Notes under the pieces: model-generated | What the model saw: the letters and a program-made list of their open reading frames with translations, nothing else | What the model was told of the DNA's origin: nothing | The model's database searches: none | Shown: positions 50,291-60,987 of the stretch, one piece after another | How positions within the stretch are numbered: position 1 is the stretch's first letter | Layout: the number at the start of each line of letters is the position of its first letter | Assembly (NCBI RefSeq): GCF_009914755.1 | Contig: NC_060942.1 | Strand: one strand, 5' to 3' | Origin: the human T2T-CHM13v2.0 reference genome, Homo sapiens | DNA length: 64,000 bases | Made by a program: the position numbers and the translations under genes

Positions 50291-51016
50291 TTTACACACA
50301 CATGAAACGTTGACATCTGTACTTATTCTCCTGCATGGGGCCAGACTCCCACCCTGTCTACTGCTTCTTCACCCACCTGCCATTCTCCCAGGGGGCATCC
50401 ACTGCTGCTGGCCACTGCCTTCCACCTCCTGAGCCAGAAAGGCTCTTGTCTGAAAGTAAAGGAAGAGAGAGGTGAGAGTAGACAGAGAGAGAGAAGAAAA
50501 GAAGAAAGTCAAGGAGGTAGGTGTCCTGAGAAGTTTTAATCTCAATAGCCCCCATTTTCCAAATTAGTAATCAAGGTAAGTGAAAATAGCCTCTTTTATG
50601 CTACTGTTATTTCTCTCTACTGTGGAAGAATCACCTGTCTTATGACAGGTGCTGAAATATTTAATTTCTAAAAGAAGGTTCTTAATAGAAAGGTAGCCAG
50701 TGCTAAGCATAGTTGGTTTATTTGCGTCTGTGCCTGCGAGTGCCTGTGTGTGCCTTGAAAAATGGAAGCAGTAGGTGTTTAGACACCACAGCATCACTCT
50801 TCATGGTACATACTTCTTTAAATCCAGATTAAATATACAATTTGAAGCCTGACCTTTCTGAGTAATTAAAGATTTCTACTTTATGGTTTTTATAGACATG
50901 GTACAGTAGAGGCAAGATGAAGCCCTTTCATGATTAAGGTAGAGAATGCGTGGAGCTTTCTTGCTGCCTGGATTTTAAAGGGGCAAACCCTGGGTAGAAT
51001 TCCATTCCATCCCTTT

Positions 51017-51034
51017 TGCTGCTGCTGCTGCTGC
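51017..51034. repeat. (TGC)6 short trinucleotide repeat
   Basis: tgctgctgctgctgctgc. Confidence 0.85.
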
Positions 51035-51429
51035 AGTGATGGTTTTGGTGTCCATGGTCAGAGTGGACCCAGTACTCTCTCCTGCTTACAGGAAGGAGAC
51101 CACAGAAAGGAGCCCTGAGCAGTGGCTGGATTATAGAGTAAGTGGGAAATAAAGATGATTTGAGGCTCATGCATGGCATCTTGTAATGCACATGAGGATG
51201 GAGCAAGGTGCCAGGAGGGGTGGGGGTAAGATGGAGTCGTCCTTTCCTGGTGGGCACGCTACTGCCCTGACGTGCTTTCCAAAGCTCACTGCCTCCTTGT
51301 CTCAGGATAAGTACGATAGGAGATGGCCTTCTCACTTTACCTTTTGGAAAATGCCTGGGACTCAAGGCATAGCAACCTCACTGGGGAGAGGACACACGTC
51401 GAATGCTGCCTACAGAGCTAGACTGGGTA

Positions 51430-51555
51430 AGTGTGGGTGAACGTGGCCCCAGCCACCTGTATTTCTTGCTCTGTAGCTTAGTTTCTGCATCAGTAAAATC
51501 CAAAGGTTGGATGAGACCATTGTGAGGGCCTGCCTAGCTTTGACATTCTAGGATT
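51430..51555 (+). mobile_element. MIR-family fragment
   Basis: ctctgtagcttagtttctgcatcagtaaaat..ggttggatgagacc..ctagctttgacattctaggatt. Confidence 0.6.
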
Positions 51556-53639
51556 TTAGGTGCTGATGTGGATTCATGCTAATCAGTAGATTCCATCCAG
51601 GAGGAGGACTTTGAAAGGGGAGAGATGCAGGTTTACCTCTAAGGTGGAGAGGGAGACGTTGGGAGTGAGCCAGCAGTGATTGTGTGTGTTGAGGTTGCAC
51701 AAGCATCGACAGCCCCAATTCCTTCAACCCAGTTCTGTTCATCACAAGCCCACCTGCCCTTGTCAGACACAGGCCACAATGATTTTCCTAGAAATATGGT
51801 GCTGTGCCTGTGCTTCCTGCCTGGGAAACCTGCCATGGTTGCTGCTACCCCCCTTTGGCAGCAACTCCTCAATGCAGAGCCACCAGGGTGCCCTCCACCT
51901 GCCACAGCTGTCCTGACAGCTGTCACTCTGGAGGAGGGGCAGCGAGGATATCCCAGCTGCACAAAGCAGCATTTGAGCAGGTCAAGGTCTGCTCTTGGTG
52001 TACCACTTTGGGCTTCTTTTGCTCTTGCCCTATCGGGGGCTGCTCTTCTCCTCCCCCATGTAGTGTTCAAATGTTTCTTCACCTCTTCCGCACCAAACGA
52101 ACACAACTCTCTTAGGCCTAGAAATCAGTGGGTTGTCCAATAGTGTGAGGCGGGGGTCGATGTGTTCCCTCCAGTGTATGTATCTCCCTTTCACATCTGG
52201 CTGTGGAGTGCAAGGTGAAGCAGTTTTTAAGGAACTAATATCACTGCCTGTACACTTACAAGGAATCCTTATGCTGACAGGAGGCATCTTTTAGGGACAG
52301 GGTGGCCCTGGCGGTCTTTGGAGAGACATGGGGACTATGTACCTAACTTTATTCCAGGGTCAGTGGAGGTTTGTAGGGCGCAATGTCCAGGATGCTCTAA
52401 AGAAACCACCAAGGCCTCAGTGGTTGAAACTCCCAAGGGCCCCTATGACTCAGGTGGCCACGTGATTCTAGAATTCCTTTAACTGGGGATATCTTCCTCT
52501 TGGTGTTCGTGAAAGGAGGACATCATATTCGAGGACCTCAGGTACCAAAGCTGGGGCATAAGGCGGATGATTTAAAGCTGGCATCTGTCAGATCAAAACC
52601 TATGATTGCAGTATTTATAATGACAAGGGCCACACTTGGAAAGGAAGCTGTGCACATGCTGGGGGAGACAAGCTCCACCACACTCAGCAACTCACAAAGT
52701 GCACCCAAGCCTAATGAACCCATGAGCTCAGACTATGATCTTCATTTTGTATTTCGAATGGCTCTGTTTGAAGGTGAAGCTTAGTAACTCATCTTTCACA
52801 AACTACTGTTCTTCATAAGCTCAGCATTTCTTTGATGTGAGGATGAATGTACACTTTATCTTGATATTGCCTCCAAATCTCTTTTCTAGAACAGTCATTT
52901 AGGAAACAAGATTTGGTATCTAATAGAAAAATACAGGTTGTAAATGAAGTAAATAAGAGATAGATAATTTAGGACATAGTTGATCTGCATATAAACTGAA
53001 AGAAAAATGCTGAATCAAATGGCAGTTTGTCATAGTTTTGTTTTAAATTAAAATCATGTTCTCGAAAAGAGAGATGGTCAAGACTCCTGGGGTCCCATCT
53101 TGGGCTAAGTTGAGTTTCTACAGTTTCTCAAACTCCATTGTAGCATCTCAAGAACTTTTCACACTGCAAGGGATTGCCCTCAAGTCTCTCATGCTTGAAT
53201 ACATTGATCCCTTTTCTGTTGGTGACCCTATTTGGTAGCATATTATTTTAAATATCTATTGCTATTAACATCAACTAATAGTTAATTACAAGAGAATTCC
53301 TATGGAAGTGCATAAGAGAGTCATATGAATGCCAAATGAGTACATTAATAATTGGTGTTATCACAATGAATACAAAATGATTTCATAATGACTGGGAAGG
53401 TAACATCTAATAAAAAAGGACTGCTTTTACTTTTATTCACTTGTCTCGATTTAAAACTCATTCTTGGCCTCCATTCAGAAACCTGAGAGCTTTTCCCTGA
53501 AGGTTTCTCAGGAATCTATATGTCCTCAATCAAAGCCTAAACAGTGTTACTCATCATCAAGTTAAACTTGAGGGTAAATGTCACTTGATTTCTCTTTACA
53601 AAGGGCCCTAGAAACACTAGCTTATTGTCTTTGGTGAAT

Positions 53640-54080
53640 TCAGTTTGTTTATTTATTCATCCAATCAGCCTGTAAATATTCATTGAACATCTATGATGCC
53701 CCTGGCATTGTGCTAGGTACAAGGACTGCAAAGAGAATAAGAGAGAACTCTTGTCATTGAGAAAAGTCAAATGGAAGGTGATATGCAAAAATATAATTAC
53801 AATGATATGTTTCATGTGCTATAATAAAGAGAAAGGGTGAAGTGTTGGGAGAGGAGAGAAGTAGCTATTACACTGTCAGGGGTTTTGTGGGAGGTATCAC
53901 AGAGAAGGAGACCTCTGAACTGGTCTTTAGTGCCCGGGTAGGATATTGGTAAGTTGATAATGGGTTGAGAGACAGGTCATTTCTAGTAGAAATCTCAGCA
54001 GAAGCAGAAATAGAGAGGCATGAAATTATACAGCCACGCAACAGCCAAAGTCCTGAAACGTAAAGGTAATGGGGAAATGT
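53640..54080 (-). mobile_element. L2 LINE 3' region
   Basis: tttatttattcatccaa..aaatattcattgaacatctatgatgcccctggcattgtgctaggtac..gtgctataataaag. Confidence 0.75.
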
Positions 54081-54084
54081 GGAA

Positions 54085-54890
54085 AGCATCCAGAGAAAAA
54101 TGAGGTGTTACATACTGGGGAACAATGATCCGAATGGCAGCTGACTGTTCATTAGAAGCAAGGAGACTAGAAGACAATAGAATGACTTCTTAACATGTGT
54201 AGAAAAAAAATCTGTTAACCAGAATGGTATATCTAGCAAAGGTACCTGTCAAGATGAAGTTGAAATGAAGATATTTCAGATAAACGAAAACTAAGAGAAT
54301 TTGCTATCAACAGATTTGCATTACAAGGAAGATCATTCTTTATGCTGAAGTAAATGACACCAGATGAGAACTCAGATTTTCAGGAAGGAAGGAAGAGTGT
54401 AAGAAATGGTAAGTGTGGGTAAAAATATATGGAATGCATATTTAAGATATGTACATGTACATATATGTAAACATATATGCTATATATACACATTTCTTAA
54501 TTTCTGTACGGCATATGGTATTTAAAGCAAAAATTCTACCATTATATTGTGGTACTTATAATACGGACAGATGGATATTTGTGGAAACAATAGCACAAAG
54601 GATGAATACGGCAATAAATGTAATTATATTGCTGTGAGCTTCCAATGTTTTACTTGCAGCAATACAATATTACCTATAATTAGATGGTGATAAGTTAAAG
54701 GTGCACTTGTAATCCCTACAGCAACCTCTAAAAAATAATGCAAGAAGTATAGCTAAAATGCCCATGGAAAGATTAAAGTGCAATACTAAAAATATTTTAT
54801 TAACCCGACACAAAGCAGAGAAGGAAGAGCAGAGGCACCAAAGAGATGGACAATAGAAATAATAAGACGGGCAAAATGGTGCCTCTATGC
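54085..54890 (+). mobile_element. Old L1M fragment (ORF1 3' end and inter-ORF region)
   Basis: gaatggcagctgactgttcattagaagcaa..ccagaatggtatatctagcaaa..gatatttcagataaacgaaaactaagagaatttg..taagttaaaggtgcacttgtaatccctacagcaacctctaaaa. Confidence 0.8.
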
Positions 54891-54929
54891 TTAACCGTAT
54901 GAATGGGGTGGTGAGTCTTCTCACTGTTA

Positions 54930-55070
54930 CTATTTCTGAATTGCTTCATTATCCCCTAAATGTCTTCCCAGTCCTTTACTCACCTTTGTAACCAATTCCT
55001 TGCATTAAATTTCCTGTGTTTTAAATAGTAGAGAGGTTTAATTTTTTTCTGTTTTGATCCTCACTGATAT
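54930..55070 (+). mobile_element. Ancient LTR 3' end (family uncertain)
   Basis: tgtaaccaattccttgcattaaatttcc..aaatagtagagaggttt..ctcactgatata resembles old LTR termini (poly-A signal then ..ctgataca). Confidence 0.5.
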
Positions 55071-55099
55071 ATATCAAATGCTAAGGGATTGTTTAACTG

Positions 55100-55370
55100 A
55101 ATAATGCTGTGATTAGAAAATGGTACCTCATGCAGCCAGTAAAACTGACGTAGGACAATATAAAATGATCTGAAAAAGCATCCTGGGAACACTATAGCTA
55201 ACAAAACTGTATGCTTGTTTGACAGTAACTTCTAGTATTTACCTACATATTAATATTAGTTAATTCTGAAGATTATGAGAAATTTTTGCTCTCATCTTTG
55301 CAATTTCTATGTATTGTTTTTTTTGTTGAAAATGAATTATGTTTGCAGTTAGAAAAATGAAATAAAAAGA
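55100..55370 (+). mobile_element. L1ME-type 3' end fragment
   Basis: AT-rich ..tttctatgtattgttttttt..atgtttgcagttagaaaaatgaaataaaaa terminus. Confidence 0.45.
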
Positions 55371-55379
55371 AGAAATGGT

Positions 55380-56560
55380 ATGGATTGTCATCTAAGGCAA
55401 TTGTAGTAGGGGTGAAAGAGAAAAGGTGAGGGTTGTGAGACATTTCCAAAGTAGAATTAAGGTGACTTGTGATCAACTGATCACAAAGACAGAGCACCAT
55501 GGAATTAAGGGAAATTCAAAGCCTGGAAACAGGATGACACATTCTCAGAGAGGAGGAGGAACAGGTGCCCGAAAAGCAATGTCAAGTTTTGGTTCACGCT
55601 AGCTCCAAACTCAGTGCAGGACTCCAGAGGCAGCCAGACCTAAGGTTCTGCCACTTTGAAATGATGTCGGAACCAGAGACACAGATTTCAAAGTTATTAA
55701 CATCTCAAAATAGTAATTAAAGCCAAAAGAATTAATGTGTTAACACAGGGAAAGGATGTGGCTTCAGAACAAAAGACCAGAAGAACCCCTTTATTTCATG
55801 GTAAAACGTCAAGATTTGAGGAGTGGGTGGAGGAGGAGAATCCATCCCCAAGAGATCGAAGTGAAATATTCAGAAAAACTGGAAGAAAGTCAGGAGATAC
55901 TGATATCCTGGAAGCTAAGGGAAAAATGTTTCAAGAAGTAAGGGATTGTTAGCAATATCAAATGCTATAAAGAGATTGTTTAGTGTGCATATCCTTGGAT
56001 TTGGCAACTAGGGAATTACTGATTATTTAGTAGAGAGCTATCTCAGCAGTGGTGTGAGCAGAAATTGATTTGTGATAGGGGCAAATGGGTTTCCATTTCT
56101 TTGCATACAGTTTTCTCTCTACAAGTGAGAGATAAAGATGGTCCTTATCCTGAGAGAGAGTTGGAGAAGAGAAGTCGTTTTATGATTTGGGGCACTTATG
56201 TTTTATTTTTAAGAAGAGTTTTGAGCATGTTTACAGATGGGAGAGAAGAAGACAAATTAAACGGAAAGATTAAAGATATATGTGTGTGTCTATGTATGTG
56301 CATGTGTGGGGAAAGGTTGTGGGGAGAGAGACTGAAAGAGTCAAAAGTAGCCTGGTCAGATTTGGAGAAGTACAGGAGTATCTTTTTCTCTAACAGAAGT
56401 GCAAAGATAGACTGGGTGGGCATAGATAAATTCTAGAAACTCATTATCTGATAGTCTGTATTACTTTGTGGAAAGTGGGTAGCTTCTACTAAGAATGATA
56501 GGTAGTGTGAGGTAGGATTTAGAAAGTGTCTTTGAAGGGCCATCAAATTTGGAGCTTATA
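55380..56560 (-). mobile_element. Degenerate L2 body fragments
   Basis: atcctggaagctaagggaaaaatgtttcaagaa..tcaaatgctataaagag..ttggatttggcaactaggga are L2 antisense motifs. Confidence 0.6.
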
Positions 56561-56642
56561 AAAGGGAGATGATCCCAATTAGCCAAGTTTTGTGGCTTTT
56601 CTCAAATCATCAGGATCATAGCTAGATGCTTCCAGTATTACC

Positions 56643-56669
56643 TTTTTTTTTTTTTTTTTTTTTTTTTTT
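56643..56669. repeat. Poly-T tract (27 nt)
   Basis: Pure T run with no SINE body. Confidence 0.95.
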
Positions 56670-56894
56670 AGCGTCATAAACTGTCAGGACCTTAACAGGA
56701 AGGCGTGTGCCCTTGTATTCTCTTTAGTTGTCTCAGTTTTGCCTTCCTGGTGGGTGATTCAGAGTCACACACGGTAGGTAAGGTGTAGAGGTGGAGGGTT
56801 GGGGGTAAAGGAGGAGTGACAGCTTGTGAGGGGAATGATCTTGGTTGGGCCAGCTATTGGTCATACTAGCCTTGGAAATTCCACCCTTTTTACT

Positions 56895-57100
56895 CACCCA
56901 CTTGTTATTTCTTCATCTACTCACCAAATATTTGTTGAGAACCTTGGTTTTAGGCACTAGAAATAAAATTCTGAGCATAAGTGGCAAAGTCGCTATTCTT
57001 GTGAAGTTTAAAATCTCATGGGGGAAGACAGACAAGCATCAAATAACCTCCAAGTACAGACCAACAGCGACATCAGCTACCTGCTGTGAAGGGGAAGGCC
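56895..57100 (-). mobile_element. L2 3' end
   Basis: catctactcaccaaatatttgttgagaacct..ttaggcactagaaata..gtgaagtttaaaatctcatgggggaagacagac. Confidence 0.65.
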
Positions 57101-57849
57101 AGGTGCTATGTGGGTGGCACACGGCCTGTTTTGAGCCTTCAAAAAGAAGTGCTCGGATGTTGCCCAGGGCACAGCATCTTTTGGAGTTGCCCGGCTGTGT
57201 GTGGATGAAGGAAGGCCTCTGAGGACCTTAGTGGAGGCCCCCATGGCCCCCGGTGATTTTCAGATGACAAGTCTTTCATGTGTTAGGGCACATCCCCAAA
57301 TCTGCAGAGCATTGAGCCCTTCTGCTCATTCGGCTGCTGGGAAGGCCAGCCTGAACCCTGCATGGTTGATTTTTTTTTTTTGAACACTGGGCAGCTGATT
57401 TATACTTTCACCCTTTGGCTGTTTCTGTGAAGGAGGAGTTTTAAACATATCCCCAGAATGGCCTCGTGGGCACACCATGGTTTCCTCCAAGAACACTCAG
57501 AGGGGTAGGAAAGGCAGAGGTGGGAAACGTACGCAGGCCGTGAACAGAAAAGGCAGAATATTCATTCCCAAGTTCGGTCTAAAGCCCATGGTTGACAACT
57601 TTCAAGAGATCTCACACTGTATGTTGTGCTGTTTTTGAAATGGGACTGAGAAGACTGAAAAGCAATCCTACAAAATGTTACCCGTGTTTATCTCAAGGGT
57701 GGGATCATCAGGTAGTTTCAGTTTCGTTGTTCTTCTTAATTTCTTGCAAATACTCTATTTTCGTGTACTACTGTGGCAAATAGAAGATAAACAGCAAACG
57801 TGATCTTTTCCAAGTGGCGTCTGTTTGGGAGCAGACATACCCTGAGGAG

Positions 57850-59340
57850 ATGTTTCCCTGCCGGTAGCTTCTTTGAGGCGAGTTACTGTGAATCTCAACC
57901 GCGAAGCCCAGCTCAGGGTGTGGCGACAGCAGCCTCCCTCGGTGAGAGCAGCGGGCGGCAGGGATGGAGAAGGCGCCTGTGTCAAGAGATCCGAGGGGCT
58001 TCAGGGAACATTCGAGGGAGAAGGTCGTGAGGCTCAGCCCTGCACACTCTGAAGCCTCCACGTGTGTCAGGTGGGGGCGTGGGGTGGGGCAGGCCTTCCA
58101 AAATGACACTTTTGTTTTCAATTAAACATTATCTGCACTGTCCATGGGGCAGAGCTGTGATGTCCAGTGTGTGGATGGGGCTTGACTGTGAGGGCCTCAG
58201 ACACCAAGCCCGCAGATTCCTGAAAAAGCTCCGGTTCAAAATTACCAAAGCCTTCCGGGTCAGGCTGTGGAAGTCAGTCAGGCTCCGGAAGCCAAGTTCC
58301 GGAAGTCAGTAAGGCCTCGGAAGTCAAGTCCTGGAAGTTGGGCTTGCAATCATTAGGTGGAGATATTGTTTGTTCTGTGCTCAGGTTTGTCATCCTCCTT
58401 AAATTCAAAGGAGATAGAAGCTGCAAATACTTGTCAGAGTTTAGGTGTGATCGGAAAGGAATTTTAAGAAACGTTTATTATGTTTCAGACAGCAGCAGCC
58501 TCCCTCATGATGCGGGAAGGCAATGTGGGAGGGAAACCCTCTGGGGGCCTGATTCAGCTTGGCAAGTGTAAGAGAGCACCCGATGAACTTCCCGTAGGTA
58601 TCCAGAAAAGAGCAGACCCAAATCCAGACAGAATCTTCTTTTCATGTTGGTGGATGGGGGTGGGGAGGAGTAGGCACATGCGTCCAGTCATAGGCATTCC
58701 AGAGATTAAAAATGCAGGAGCAGAGGAGGAAAATTGGAGAGATTTTAAACATCAGGAAATGTCTGCATGGGCTATTATATAGTCTTTGGAGGAGGTGGAG
58801 AGAGTCCCCGCGCGACCCCTTCGCTGCTACAAGCCAGCCTCATCGTAAAGGGACTTGAGAGCAGCCAAGGGGAGGAGTATTTACAGGTCCCGCATTGGTT
58901 CAGAGGCGGAGGCGAGCAGGATGCGGCTTTCTTTCTGGGCTTTGCGTTTCACAGTGAGGATTTTAACACTAATCCTGGTAAAGCCTGCATATCAGCGGGG
59001 AGTCAGGGTAAAACAATCGAAAATGTGGTCCTTCCCATTGAATAACCTGTGACCTTACAGCAATTGAACTATTGGCTGCCATCACTGCAAGTTAATAACC
59101 TATTTTATAGAACGGAGCCTACAGACTGTTTGAAATGGCTGTTTTTTTTTTCTTTCTTTCTTTCTTTTTTTTTTTTTTTGAACAACATTCCTGCAGAATT
59201 CCCTGGAGTGAGACTCAGGACAATATTAAATCCAATGAATCACGCAGCTTTCAGGAGGGCAGGGCAGCACGCTGCAGAGCAGCACTGAATGATGGCTTGG
59301 CCTGGCGTCCCTGGTGGCAGCAGTGGCCGCACCAGGCACC
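57850..59340. promoter_or_regulatory. CpG-retaining promoter/enhancer-like region with a tandem ETS cluster (58252-58338) and KLF/SP boxes (58073-58089)
   Basis: Locally frequent CpGs; CCGGAAG x3 plus three more GGAAGT; GGGGCGTGG, GGGGTGGGG; CACGTG at 58059. Confidence 0.5.
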
Positions 59341-60019
59341 GTGTTCTCATTCAACAAAGACTCAGGTTAGTGAGCGAGATGCCTGTACCAAATCTCCCTT
59401 CCCTCTTTTTCAAGTTTCTGGATGTTGTGTAATTCTTTTTTGCAGCATTCAGTTCTGCAAGGAGCCTAGTGAATGCTTCCATCAGTGGACTATGAAAGGC
59501 ATCTGGACAAGCAGTTGCCTCATGGTCTGTACACAATTCATTAATTTGAAAATTACTCCCGGTGACTGTACCTTGCTCTCAGGTCAGACTCAACTAACTC
59601 CAGGGAGTCTCATGGTCGGGGCAGGGTACACAGGCCTGGATGGGTTTACTTTGACTGTGCTGTGCTTGCCTGGGCCTGATCAACACCTACCCTCCAGCCC
59701 CTGGGGAATTCTGCTCTGCTCCTTACCACTTATTGGCTTGCTCGTGTGAGGGCCTTAAAGGCCATGCTCCCAAAAGTGGGCCTTGAAGACTGGGCTGGCC
59801 AAGGGGCCTGGTGCTCCAGAAATTTACCAGAGCACTCAGTTCCATCTACCTCCTTTGGAGTGGTAAGTTGCTCATAGGACTTATGATTGTGCTCATAGGA
59901 TGTAGTTAGAATGTCTAGTATGTCTGCCCAACTGGATAAGGACCCTGGGGGAAGGAACAGAAGATTTGAGGCCGTGATGCTCCCAGGATAGTTCAAACAC
60001 AGGCAAGTCCAGCGGCATT

Positions 60020-60113
60020 GTCGCGGATTTGTTAGAATTGCACAATCTCTGGCCTCACCCAGACCTATGAATCAGAATCTGCATTTAACTAGGTGATTTC
60101 TGAGAAGTGCTGC
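60020..60113. mobile_element. MER5A-like fragment
   Basis: ttgttagaattgcacaatctctggcctcacccagaccta..gaatcagaatctgcatttaac..tgagaagtgctg. Confidence 0.75.
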
Positions 60114-60956
60114 TTTTTAAAACTCATCTAAAGTTGGGCAGAGTTAAGCATCCCTGCCCCTGATTTGTAGTGTGTGGCTGCAGTGGGAGCATCCTTGCCT
60201 CGCCCTAGTTTGCCGACTTCCTATGGAGGGGATACGGCCTACACAGCCCATTTCTCAAATGCCCATTTCTCCAAACAGTCTCCCAGCTGTGACTCATTTG
60301 TGTGTCAGGTCTTCGAGTGATGACTCAATACTGAGAAACCCCTTCATGAAGTGTGTCCTTGTGGTCTGATGATGCCACATGCAGTGCTGATGGGACTGAT
60401 TCATCAGTGATGTGGGGAGATTAATCCCACTCAACCCTTTGTGGGAAGCACTCAAGCTGGCTTCACAGAGCTTTATGTTGACAGAGCTGAGTCTCTCCTC
60501 TCCAAATGCCTGTTGGGAAGTACAGGTAGTGCAGATGCAGCCTGGGCGTGTCCTCTGAGTGGGACTAGATCCTTCATGGGAGGACTGAGGGATGTGAACC
60601 TGGGGCCTCGATTGTCATCACTGTCACTGCTTCTGAGTGCTTCCTTTTCAGTGTACCCAGGATTCATCTCCTGGTCTGGCAGTGAAGGAGCCTGCCATGT
60701 TTTGGTTTGATGCCTTGCCACCCCTGCATGTGTGAAGAGAAGAACACTATAGTGACAAATGAGATGAAAAATGGCTTCCAAGAACTTAATTCAAAGAATT
60801 GTAACAGGTCCCCTTCCATAAGCTGGTTTCTTTGTGAACACCATCCATTCATTGTTGACCTCACTGGGTTCACGTGTGATGCAGCGCAATGGGATCTGGA
60901 CATGAATGTGGGAGATGAAAGACAAAGACAGACTGTTCCATCGGTGACAAGAACTC

Positions 60957-60987
60957 TGTGTGTGTGTGTGTGTGTGTGTATGTGTGT
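60957..60987. repeat. (TG)n microsatellite, one interruption
   Basis: Directly visible. Confidence 0.95.

Noticed and set aside
51878-51895. CTCF-like ccaccagggtgccc and similar matches elsewhere
   Set aside because: Mismatches at core positions; cannot be supported without PWM scoring or ChIP data
59135-59749. Longest ORF (204 aa)
   Set aside because: Starts through a poly-T tract, has no recognisable domain or codon pattern, and its length is compatible with chance
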